Shown piece after piece: positions 30,518 to 40,000 of a stretch of 54,513 bases of DNA. The stretch is from an uncultured Muribaculaceae bacterium (lineage in GTDB: Bacteria > Bacillota_I > Bacilli_A > RF39 > UBA660): assembly GCA_964384115.1 (NCBI GenBank), contig CAYLJU010000007.1:1-54513 (forward strand), written 5' to 3'. Every line of letters starts with the position of its first letter. The first letter of the stretch is position 1. The notes below the pieces were generated by a model. That model had not been told where the DNA came from, made no database searches, and saw only the letters and a list, made by a program, of their open reading frames with translations. The translations under genes and the position numbers were made by a program.

Positions 30518-32398
30518 ATGAAAAAAAGATTCAAAATACTAAGTATAATTATTATAGTTCTATTTACATTCATTACATATAAATTAGCGCATATTCAACT
30601 AATAAATAAACAAAAATATACAGATTATGTCTATCAAAGTAGTCATAATTTTTGGTATGGTCAATCAACACCAAGAGGAAAAATATATGACCGAAATAAT
30701 AATATTATTGTTGATAATGAATCAGTAAGAACTATTACCTATCTAAAAGGACCAAAAAGTAATACTAAAAATGAAATAAGAATCGCATATAAACTTGCTA
30801 AAAACATTGATATTAACTATAAAAATCTATCAGAATATAACTATAAAAAATTCTATTTACTCTTAAAAGGATATATAAATAATTATGAAAATAAAATAAA
30901 TACTATAACAGAAGAAGAATTAAATATATTAGACGAAGAAGACAAAAAAGCAGCATATATTTATTACCTAATGAATATAGGATATTCATATGCTCCTAAA
31001 ACAATAAAAAAAGAAATAACTGACTCAGAATATGTTTATATCATTTCATCAGAAATAGAAGGAATATCTATTACATATGATTGGAAAAGAAAATATAACT
31101 ATGAAGCTTTTAAAAGCATCATTGGAAATATATCAAACATTCCATATGAAAATCAAAATTACTATCTAAACAATGGTTATAGTTTAACAGATCGAGTCGG
31201 TGTAAGTTATATAGAAAAAAACTATGAAGATACCCTAAAAGGAATCAAAACAAAATATGAAATAAAAAATGGTAACATGATTCTAATCGAAAATGGTCGT
31301 AAAGGAAATGACATTTATCTAACAATCGATATCAATTTGCAAGAATACCTAGAAAATTTATTAACAGAAGAATTAATAAAAACAAAAAAACTCTATAGCG
31401 CTAAATATTTTAACAAAATCTATGTTGTCATAATAGATCCAAATACAGGCGATATCCTAGCAATGAGTGGTAAACAAATAGTAAAAACAAGTAGTGGTTA
31501 CAAAGTATATGATTACACACCAGGAACTTTCTTAAATGCCTATGCATCAGGATCAGTAGTAAAAGGAGCATCTCATATTGTTGGCTATAATACTGGAAAT
31601 TTAAAAATTGGCGAAAAAAGAAACGATACATGTTTAAAGATCGGAACTATAAGTAAATGTTCTTGGACCTATTTAGGTTACATAAATGATATAGATGCAT
31701 TAAGATTATCATCAAATACATATCAATTTAGAACAGCAATAAATGTAGGAAAAGGAAAATATGAATATGGAAAAGGACTATCACTAGACAAAAATGCTTT
31801 TACCATTTATAGAAAAATTTTTAACGAATTTGGATTAGGAGTAAAAACCGGAATCGATTTAGAAAATGAAAGTATAGGATATAAAGGAACAAGCACTAAA
31901 CCAGGATTTTTATTAGACTTTTCAATCGGTCAATATGATACATATACCCCACTCCAATTAGCCCAGTACATAGGAACTATAGCAACTGGAAAAAGAATGA
32001 AATTAAGACTAGTAAACAAAATAAAAAAATTAGATGAAACAGAAATAATAGAAAGTACTGAGTTAAATAAATTAGATACTTTAGATAAATATATCGATAG
32101 AGTTAGATTAGGATTTAAAGAAGTTGTAAGTAATGGTCTTGGATATGGATATATCTATTATAAAGGAGCTGGTAAAACTGGAACAAGTGAAACATTTGCT
32201 GATACCAATAATGATGGAATAATTGATACCGAAACCATAACCAAAACATTTGTTGGCTATTTTCCATATGATAATCCTAAATTTGCTTACTCAATAGTTG
32301 CGCCAGATATATCATATAAATCAGCAAGTGAAAGTAATATAACCCAAAGAATATCATACAACATAACTAAAAAAATATATGAAATGTACATAAAATAA
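30518..32398 (+). CDS. Class B penicillin-binding protein (PBP2/SpoVD-type transpeptidase)
   Basis: N-terminal TM anchor, a dimerisation domain, and the transpeptidase motifs SVVK (SxxK), SSN (SxN) and KTGT. Confidence 0.88.
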   Translation: MKKRFKILSIIIIVLFTFITYKLAHIQLINKQKYTDYVYQSSHNFWYGQSTPRGKIYDRNNNIIVDNESVRTITYLKGPKSNTKNEIRIAYKLAKNIDINYKNLSEYNYKKFYLLLKGYINNYENKINTITEEELNILDEEDKKAAYIYYLMNIGYSYAPKTIKKEITDSEYVYIISSEIEGISITYDWKRKYNYEAFKSIIGNISNIPYENQNYYLNNGYSLTDRVGVSYIEKNYEDTLKGIKTKYEIKNGNMILIENGRKGNDIYLTIDINLQEYLENLLTEELIKTKKLYSAKYFNKIYVVIIDPNTGDILAMSGKQIVKTSSGYKVYDYTPGTFLNAYASGSVVKGASHIVGYNTGNLKIGEKRNDTCLKIGTISKCSWTYLGYINDIDALRLSSNTYQFRTAINVGKGKYEYGKGLSLDKNAFTIYRKIFNEFGLGVKTGIDLENESIGYKGTSTKPGFLLDFSIGQYDTYTPLQLAQYIGTIATGKRMKLRLVNKIKKLDETEIIESTELNKLDTLDKYIDRVRLGFKEVVSNGLGYGYIYYKGAGKTGTSETFADTNNDGIIDTETITKTFVGYFPYDNPKFAYSIVAPDISYKSASESNITQRISYNITKKIYEMYIK

Positions 32399-32418
32399 AG
32401 GTTGCCAATAGCAACCTT
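32398..32418. terminator. Bidirectional hairpin between the convergent PBP and GltS-like genes
   Basis: Stem AAGGTTGC/GCAACCTT with loop CAATA. It is followed by TTTATTTTA on the minus strand and overlaps both stop codons. Confidence 0.55.
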
Positions 32419-33842
32419 TATACATGTTTTATATTTGTATACTTAGCAATATCATCACTAGTAGTTACAATATCATAATTACTTAAAAGATGAATATCAT
32501 TATTTCCTGTAATTCTAGCAAAAGTTCTAAGTTCATCATTTACTACATTAAAATAATTAACTAATCTTTGACAACTCTTATCAATATCAAATCTTTTCCT
32601 AAGCTCTGGATCTTGCGTTCCAATTCCAACTGGACATTTACCAGAATTACAAACACGATATTGTTGACAACCTATAGCAATCATAGCAGCTGTCGCAATA
32701 GCAATCGCATCAGCACCCATCGCAATCGCTTTTGCAAAATCACTAGCAGTTCTAAGACCACCCGTAATAATTAAAGAAATATCTTTATCATGTTCATTTA
32801 AATATTTCCTAGCCCTATATAAAGCATAAATAGTAGGAACCGTTGTAGCATCCTTAATTATTTTAGGACTCGCCCCAGTTGCTCCTCCTCTACCATCAAT
32901 AGTAATAAAATCTGGTTTAGCATAGCATGCAAATTCTAAATCTTCTTCTATATGCTCAGCAGCAATTTTTACCCCTATAGGTCTTCCATCTGATTTTTTT
33001 CTTAATTCTTCAACCAAATTTTTCAAATCATCTTTAGTACTAATTTCTGAAAACTTTGAAGGACTAATAACATCTTCATGAATTTTCTTACCTCTTATAA
33101 GCGCAATTTCTTCAGTAACCTTTTCACCAGGAAGATGACCACCCATTCCCGGTTTAGTACCTTGACCTATTTTTATTTCAATCGCACTAACCTTTTTTAA
33201 ATTTTCATCATTAACACTATATTTATTAGGAACATATTCAAAAATATATTGATATGAATTTTCAAATTCTTCTGGTAATATACCACCTTCACCACTACAT
33301 ATAGCTGTTTTTACATTATTCGTTCCTTTAGCTAAAGCAATTTTTGCTTCTTTAGATAAAGCTCCAAAAGACATATGTGATACAAAAATTGGTGATTCAA
33401 GAACCATAGGCTTTTTAGCTTTTTTACCTATAATAGTTTTTAAACTAACTTCTTCGTTATCATAAAGTGGCATTTTATTTAATTGACCACCAAGTATCAA
33501 AATATCATTCCAACTAACTACTGGAAGTAAAGTACCCATAGCAGATATTATACTTTTTCCAGTAATTGCCATCGTATGAATATCAATCATACTTTTTTCT
33601 TTATCATCCATTTCACGTTTATATTTACTTAAATACAATGATAAATCATTTTTATAACTATCAGATTTAATGTTTTCCTTATCATCTTCAATTTTTTTAT
33701 TATCTTCTTCAACTAATACAAACATACTTTTAGGAGCAAAGCACATTGGACATTTCCAATCATCTGGTAAATCTTCAAATTTAACCTTTTCTTTGTCTTC
33801 ATCATATATATGACCGCATAATTGACATTTATATTTTGCCAT
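32418..33842 (-). CDS. Rubredoxin fused to a glutamate synthase domain-2-like FMN/Fe-S oxidoreductase
   Basis: The N-terminus KYKCQLCGHIYDE...DWKCPMCFAPK is a rubredoxin. The remainder resembles the GltB FMN domain (GEGG..PEE, KIGQGTKPGMGGHLPG, IDGRGGATGASP, CQQYRVCNSGKCPVGIGTQDP). Confidence 0.8.
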   Translation of the reverse strand: MAKYKCQLCGHIYDEDKEKVKFEDLPDDWKCPMCFAPKSMFVLVEEDNKKIEDDKENIKSDSYKNDLSLYLSKYKREMDDKEKSMIDIHTMAITGKSIISAMGTLLPVVSWNDILILGGQLNKMPLYDNEEVSLKTIIGKKAKKPMVLESPIFVSHMSFGALSKEAKIALAKGTNNVKTAICSGEGGILPEEFENSYQYIFEYVPNKYSVNDENLKKVSAIEIKIGQGTKPGMGGHLPGEKVTEEIALIRGKKIHEDVISPSKFSEISTKDDLKNLVEELRKKSDGRPIGVKIAAEHIEEDLEFACYAKPDFITIDGRGGATGASPKIIKDATTVPTIYALYRARKYLNEHDKDISLIITGGLRTASDFAKAIAMGADAIAIATAAMIAIGCQQYRVCNSGKCPVGIGTQDPELRKRFDIDKSCQRLVNYFNVVNDELRTFARITGNNDIHLLSNYDIVTTSDDIAKYTNIKHV

Positions 33843-33855
33843 ATATTACCTCATT

Positions 33856-34785
33856 TTAATAGTTTTCAGCTTTAATTTCAAAATATGCTTTAGGATGAGC
33901 ACATACAGGACAAAGTTCTGGAGCACTCGCACCAATAACGATATGACCACAATTACGACATTTCCAAATTCTATCGCCATCTCTTGAAAATACTAATCCA
34001 CCCTCAACATTTTCAATTAATTTACGGTATCTTTCTTCATGTTCTTTTTCAATCTTACCAACACTTTCAAATAAAAATGCAATACGATCAAATCCTTCTT
34101 CTTTTGCTACCTTAGCAAATTCATCATACATATCAGTCCATTCATAATTTTCACCATCAGCAGCAGCATTTAAATTATCAATAGTAGATGGAATAGATCC
34201 ACCATTTAATTCTTTAAACCATAATTTTGCATGTTCTTTTTCGTTATTTGCAGTTTCTTCAAAAATGGCAGCAATTTGTTCATATCCTTCTTTTTTAGCC
34301 TTACTAGCAAAATAAGTATATTTATTTCTTGCTTGACTTTCTCCTGCAAAAGCAGTCATTAAATTTTGTTCAGTTCTACTTCCTCTTAATTCCATTCTAA
34401 ATCCTCCTTGTTCTAAATTACACTCATTACATATTCCATAAACAGTTAAATTATATTTTTTTAAAATAATGTCATTACTTAAAATTTCAGATAAATCATC
34501 AATATTAAAATTATATTCAAAATCAAATACTTTACCACATTTTTCACAAACAGCATGAAAATGTTCATTATTAATATAATCATACCTATCCGCACCCGAA
34601 AAAACCTTTATTTTTTTTATGATATTGTTTTCAACTAAAATATTAACATTTCGATATAATGTACTTTTACTAATTGTAGGATACTTTTTATGAACAATAT
34701 CATACAATTCTTCAATAGTAGGATGCAAATAACAATTTTTTAAAACATCCAATATAATTTCCCTTTGTTTTGAATAATTATTCAT
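33856..34785 (-). CDS. In-frame fusion ORF: Fur/PerR-family regulator (aa 1-~125) plus rubrerythrin (aa 131-309)
   Basis: The N-terminus has a Fur-type wHTH (QREIILDVL...[16 protein letters not shown]) and CxxC pairs (CEKC, CNEC). The C-terminus is a complete rubrerythrin ([25 protein letters not shown] ... EKEH ... CRNCGH...CPVCAHP). No stop codon separates them. AAGGAGGA at 34402-34409 precedes the internal ATG at 34393-34395. Confidence 0.75.
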   Translation of the reverse strand: MNNYSKQREIILDVLKNCYLHPTIEELYDIVHKKYPTISKSTLYRNVNILVENNIIKKIKVFSGADRYDYINNEHFHAVCEKCGKVFDFEYNFNIDDLSEILSNDIILKKYNLTVYGICNECNLEQGGFRMELRGSRTEQNLMTAFAGESQARNKYTYFASKAKKEGYEQIAAIFEETANNEKEHAKLWFKELNGGSIPSTIDNLNAAADGENYEWTDMYDEFAKVAKEEGFDRIAFLFESVGKIEKEHEERYRKLIENVEGGLVFSRDGDRIWKCRNCGHIVIGASAPELCPVCAHPKAYFEIKAENY

Positions 34786-34797
34786 GTAATCATCTCC

Positions 34798-34820
34798 AAA
34801 TTAGGAATAATTCCTAATTT
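34798..34820. promoter_or_regulatory. 23-bp perfect palindrome AAATTAGGAAT-A-ATTCCTAATTT, a candidate Fur/PerR-type operator
   Basis: It lies directly between the -10 box and the RBS of the Fur-rubrerythrin ORF. Confidence 0.5.
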
Positions 34821-34825
34821 ACTTA

Positions 34826-34854
34826 ATTATATAAATTTTTTTTAAAATTGTCAA
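34826..34854 (-). promoter_or_regulatory. Consensus sigma-A promoter (TTGACA-17-TATAAT) for the Fur-rubrerythrin ORF
   Basis: On the minus strand, TTGACA lies at 34849-34854, followed by a 17-nt spacer and TATAAT at 34826-34831. Confidence 0.65.
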
Positions 34855-34907
34855 TCAAAAAAAACATATAAAAATTAAAAAAACATATAATTTAATGGTG
34901 ATTTTAT

Positions 34908-35651
34908 ATGTTTAAAGAAGGAGATTATGTAAGCAGAAATTCCTATAATAATGATATAGTATTTGTAATAATCAAAATAGAAAATGATAACTATATTTTA
35001 AAAGGCGTCAATGAAAGACTTGTCGCAGACGCCAAAAAAGAAGACTTAAAAAAAGAAGAAGGAGCAAGAGAAGATTTTAAAGCCGAAAAACCCAATTTAG
35101 AAGAACGCGAAGACTATTTTTATATGCCAGGTAAAATATTACACATAGATGCAGATATGGATTATTTAAACAGATGTTTAAATTATTACAAAGAAGCAAA
35201 TATATGGGCAACTGGCAAATGCATTAATGAAAATGAAATAAAATATCAAATAAAAGATTTAATAATAGAATATAATCCCAATATAGTAGTTATAACCGGA
35301 CATGATGCTTACAATAAAAATCAAAATAGTTATCGAAATAGTCAAAACTTTGCAGATGCTATAAGAGAAGCTAGAAAATATGAAAAAAGTCATGAAAAAT
35401 TAATAATAATAGCAGGAGCATGTCAATCAGATTATGAAGAATTAATAAAAGCAGGCGCAAATTTTGCATCTAGCCCCAAAAGAATCAATATTCACGCATT
35501 AGATCCCGCAATAATTGCAACAAGTATAAGTATGTCAGATGCTACCAAAGAAATAAATCTAAAAGAAATATTAGAACATACCAAATATGGAAGCGATGGC
35601 ATTGGCGGGATAATTACAAAAGGAACAATGTATATGGGGTATCCAAGATGA
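34908..35651 (+). CDS. yabG: Sporulation-specific protease YabG
   Basis: FKEGDYVSRNSYNNDIVFVI...LKGVNERLVADAKKEDL at the N-terminus and VVITGHDAY...GACQS in the core, as in YabG. It is followed by veg. Confidence 0.8.
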   Translation: MFKEGDYVSRNSYNNDIVFVIIKIENDNYILKGVNERLVADAKKEDLKKEEGAREDFKAEKPNLEEREDYFYMPGKILHIDADMDYLNRCLNYYKEANIWATGKCINENEIKYQIKDLIIEYNPNIVVITGHDAYNKNQNSYRNSQNFADAIREARKYEKSHEKLIIIAGACQSDYEELIKAGANFASSPKRINIHALDPAIIATSISMSDATKEINLKEILEHTKYGSDGIGGIITKGTMYMGYPR

Positions 35652-35860
35652 TAGAAAATGTGAAAAATGGAATTGAAGAATTAATAGGAAAAAAAGCTAT
35701 AATAAAATATAATCTTGGAAGAAATAAATATGAAAAATATGATGGGATAATAAAAGAAACATATAACAAAATTTTTTTAGTTGAAACAAATGGAATAAAA
35801 AAATCATTCTCATACGTAGATGTTTTAACAAAAAATGTAAAAATTAGCATAAAAAATTAA
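35648..35860 (+). CDS. veg: Veg protein (biofilm/sporulation-associated small protein)
   Basis: LIGKKAIIKYNLGRNKYEKYDGIIKETYNKIFLVE...FSYVDVLTKNVKI matches the Veg family. It overlaps yabG by 4 nt. Confidence 0.85.
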   Translation: MIENVKNGIEELIGKKAIIKYNLGRNKYEKYDGIIKETYNKIFLVETNGIKKSFSYVDVLTKNVKISIKN

Positions 35861-35939
35861 AAAATAATTGCCTTTTTTTACCTTTTTTGATATATTAATT
35901 ATGTAAGGATAATTATCCATACTGGAGGGAGAGATAATC

Positions 35940-36233
35940 TTGGAAATAACAAAAGTAAATGTATATCCTGTAGAAAAGGAAAATCCAAAACTAAAAGCTT
36001 TTGCTGAAGCTTATATTGATGATGGACTTGTAATAACAGGTATACGTATCATTAATGGTCAAAAAGGTTTATTTGTTGCAATGCCAGACCGTAAAGAAAA
36101 CAAAAAAGAAGGAGAAGAAGGATATCAAAAACATCGCGATATCGTCCATCCAATAAATAGTGAAGTAAGAAAAATGTTCACTGATGCAATCCTTGCAAAA
36201 TATAACGAAGAAATTGCAAAAAAAGATGAATAA
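35940..36233 (+). CDS. spoVG: Septation/sporulation regulator SpoVG
   Basis: EITKVNVYPVEKENPKLKAFAEAYIDDGLVITGIRIINGQKGLFVAMPDRK...DIVHPINSEVR. It uses a TTG start after GGAGGGAGAG. Confidence 0.9.
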   Translation: MEITKVNVYPVEKENPKLKAFAEAYIDDGLVITGIRIINGQKGLFVAMPDRKENKKEGEEGYQKHRDIVHPINSEVRKMFTDAILAKYNEEIAKKDE

Positions 36234-36260
36234 AAAGAACTAAAAAAGTTCTTTTTTATT
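36234..36260 (+). terminator. Rho-independent terminator of spoVG
   Basis: Stem AAAGAAC/GTTCTTT followed by TTTATT. Confidence 0.6.
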
Positions 36261-36264
36261 ATAA

Positions 36265-36289
36265 AAAGAATTCCATTTTGGAATTCTTT
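36265..36289 (-). terminator. Hairpin at the 3' end of the T4SS-like operon (overlaps the lipoprotein stop codon)
   Basis: Perfect 11-bp stem AAAGAATTCCA/TGGAATTCTTT with loop TTT. The downstream tract on the minus strand is only weakly U-rich. Confidence 0.4.
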
Positions 36290-37022
36290 AAAATTTATTA
36301 CGGTTTTCATATACTCTTTTTACATATGCATAAATTAAATAACCTAAAACTATAAGTACCAAAAAGGCAAGTACTATATAAACAATAGTCATATTAATTT
36401 TAGTACCAACAGTTTTCATATTTAAAGCATAAACATCATTGACATCATATTTTAGCAATATTTCTTTTTCTTCAGTATCTTTATCAATATACCAAGTATA
36501 AATATTTTGACTTTTATCAACAATATCAGCATTATTCTCTAAAACTTTATAAGGAAGTTCAATTACAATAGAACTATTATCAATATTCATGCTAAGCATC
36601 TCATATCTTTCCTCAACCTTTGCCCTATTTAACCCCTTAGCATTTATAGTAATAATACCATCATTATCAACAACACTAAATTCATCATATAAATTTTTAA
36701 TTAACAAATTATAATTATATGAAGTAGGACTAGGATAAGTTCTATTAACTCTTATCCCTTGATATTTATTAGATTCAATATTTGTCATTTTATAGTTAGA
36801 ATAACCTATTTTAGATAAATAACCATACGCATCATTTCTAAGCATATCAATAAAATTAAAATTATTTTCACCAAGTTCATCTTTAGAAGTAGGATCACCA
36901 TCAGGAAAATATTTAGATAAATCTACTTTTTCGACAAATTCATTTTTATTAGTTATTTTTAAAGAATAATCAATTTTACATCCAGATAACAATAGACATA
37001 AAATAACAATTAAAATTTTCAA
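36288..37022 (-). CDS. Lipoprotein with a C-terminal TM anchor, last gene of the T4SS-like operon
   Basis: Lipobox LLSGC at residues 11-15 and a C-terminal helix IVYIVLAFLVLIVLGYLIYAY followed by basic residues. Its start overlaps the hydrolase stop by 4 nt. Confidence 0.6.
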   Translation of the reverse strand: MKILIVILCLLLSGCKIDYSLKITNKNEFVEKVDLSKYFPDGDPTSKDELGENNFNFIDMLRNDAYGYLSKIGYSNYKMTNIESNKYQGIRVNRTYPSPTSYNYNLLIKNLYDEFSVVDNDGIITINAKGLNRAKVEERYEMLSMNIDNSSIVIELPYKVLENNADIVDKSQNIYTWYIDKDTEEKEILLKYDVNDVYALNMKTVGTKINMTIVYIVLAFLVLIVLGYLIYAYVKRVYENRNKF

Positions 37023-40000
37023 TTGAAATAGCCCCTTTCTTCCATTTCAGACATTCTTATTACAGAAGTAAATCCATGTTTAGCGCCACTTTCATATAAA
37101 CCAGTATCCAAATTCATTGTACTATAATGAACACCAGGATCACCACCAGAAGAATGAATAACTGAAAGAGTTCTATTTTGTAAATCAACATCATAAACAA
37201 TTGCAATATGAGAATACTTTGTAGCATTTTCAGCGCTTTCACCATAATAAACAGTATTTGAATAATGATAAAGAACATCGCCAGGCTTAATTAAACCAGC
37301 ATCTGCATATTTACCAAGCGGTAAAGATCTTACATTTTTATGTCCAGCATTATCTTCAAATTCAACATAACAAGATTCTCCATTTTCTCCACAAGCTAAA
37401 TTATGTTTTTCTATCCATTTAACCATAGCTTGATATCTAAATGTATCTCTTCCAAAATCTTTTGGCATATCAAAATAACCATTAACAAATGCCCATCTAA
37501 TAAATCCAACACAATCAAGACCAGTTCTTGAATACTGTGGATATATAGGATTTGCTTCTTCCATTCCCCAATTAGGATTTACACCAATGTAAGGATACTC
37601 TCCAGCTAATTGATATGGTAAACTAATTTCTCCACCATTATTGCTATGAACATAAAGCCAATAAGCAGCAGCAAGAACACCATTTAAAGTTCCCTTACCC
37701 GCTTCAGAAACATATTCTTCTAAATCATAATTTAAAGCAGAAGAATAAGCATCACTTGTATCAAGAGTACCTTTGATATTGCCATCTTTATCTTTTATAA
37801 GTCCCCTTGTTGCCATATTATCAATATTTAAAACTTTAAAATCCTCTCCATAAAAGAATTTTAATATTTCATAATGATCAACAAAATACCAATTATTTGC
37901 CAAATAAGAAGCAACATTAAATACGATTCCAACATTACCTTTTATATTAGTATTATTAAATTGTTCATCATAAGGAATCATTACTTTATGAGTACTATCA
38001 ATATATAAATAACCAAGCTCATAAGTAATTGTTTTTTGATTCCCACTTCCTTTTATTGTACCATTATCACCAACATAATAATATTCAGTTGGTGTTATAT
38101 AACCATCATAATCAACTAAAACATCATCCTTAGTAGCATTAACAGCATCATATATAATTTTATTATCAGTATATGTATATGAATATTGATCCTTTGTTTC
38201 TAAAACATTTCTTCCCCATAAACTATTATTATAAGCCCATGTTCTAGACGAAATAGCTAAAGCTTTTAATAAATTTTGATTTACACTTGAATCAAAATTA
38301 CGAGCAAGAACACCTGCTACATAAAAATCAACAGGTACAGTCATATTAATACTTCCAGCTTTAATTGTAATTTTTCCTCTACAACAATCACTATAATTAG
38401 CTTCATATTCAGTCAAATCATCAAGTAAAACAAGTGGAGTATCAATATTAATTAATTTACTATCAAAAATTTTATTAGCATAGAAATAGTCAATTATTTT
38501 TTCATAATTCCATCCTAAATTATTTGCATAAATATTAGCAAGAACTTGTGACATTCCATTATTATGACCTCTAAAATCAGAATAATCATCTTCAGGATTA
38601 TCAGTATGGCCAATACCAAGTGAAGTCGCAGAAACAGGAATAGTTCTATACGAACCACCATAATTACTGTTTGGACGCAAATCAACACTTATTTCTGAAC
38701 AATCCCCTACTATACTAGCTAAATTAGCTTGTTTTCTAAATTGTCTTGGATATTTAGTTGATCCACAATAATAAAATGAACCTTTCTCTCCAGACGCAGG
38801 ACATGTATCACCGCCACCATCACTAGATAAAGTATTACTTGTTATAGTAACCCTACTTTTATCATTAGATGCATATCCTTTTTCAGCTTTACATGTAACC
38901 TCACCAGTTTTAACATCATACCAAGGAATATATCTATCTACAGCAACAGCACGACCATCATCATAGTAATAATAAATTGTTGGATTATTACAAGCATAAA
39001 CTTTTTCACAAGGAAAATTTGCATACTCAGTATGATATAAACTATGAGCATAAGTAACAATTTTTCCAACAGTCTCTCTTGCAGCAAGAACATTTATAAC
39101 ATCAGTTTTACTATTTTCCGTATCGACTTTACTATAAGTTTGAAAAGTCGTATCATTAGGAACAATTTCATCTTTTTTAAAGAAATTAACTCTATCTATA
39201 TATTCAGTTCTAGCCAATATAGCTTGAGCTTTTAATGCTTCAATATTATAAGATTCAGACATTTCATTATTTACAACACCTGCAACATATGATTCTAAAT
39301 CAATTGATGAATAAGTTCCAGAATTCTTTTTATCATATACTTTTACAATATATTCTTTTTGATTTGTAAAACTATAATTTGGATATATTGATTCCAAATA
39401 TTCTTTCAAAGTTGTTGCTTCATAAGAAATAATATTTACGCCTTTACATTGAGAAAATAGTAATGAAGGATTATATCTTTTACCATCAGTAGAAAATAAT
39501 TGAAAATGCAAATGATTGCCAGAAGAACATCCTGAATTACCTTCAGTACCTATTTTTTGTCCTTTAGTAACAACATCACCAGGTTTAACATCAATAGAAT
39601 TCAAGTGCATATAATATGATCGATAAGTTTTTCCACCAAAATTATGTTCTATAACAACATAATTACCACTACTTCTTGAATCCATCACGCCACTACTATT
39701 AACACAGGCTCCGCCATTCCACTGATTAAATATGTTTGGAATACCATCAACAACTACTTTAACAACACCATCATATACAGCATATAATGGTCTTCCATCA
39801 ACAGTATTAGAATAAGCATCAATTGCGTAATGTGAATAACCATTTCTATTTGATGTAAAGTCACTTGATATTGTACAAGTAGTAGACAATCCATATGGTG
39901 ATGTAAAATTTTCTATTATTTCATCAGGTAATTGATACTGACTTTCAGTTGTTGTAAAAGCATCACCATTAGAAAAATGCATTGTATCAATTACATCATC

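Noticed and set aside
27399-31631. Minus-strand ORFs 27399-27698, 28022-28219, 28528-28743, 29536-29718 and 31428-31631, inside the plus-strand rnfC-like, rnfD-like, nfo and PBP genes. Also 35614-35850 and 36125-36310, opposite veg and spoVG, and 3966-4148, opposite fic.
   Set aside because: The reasoning is the same. They are antisense shadows of well-supported genes, with no RBS and implausible composition.
35917-35928. 12-bp palindrome GGATAATTATCC upstream of spoVG as an operator.
   Set aside because: Short AT-rich palindromes are expected by chance at this base composition. It has no partner motif and no adjacent regulator gene.
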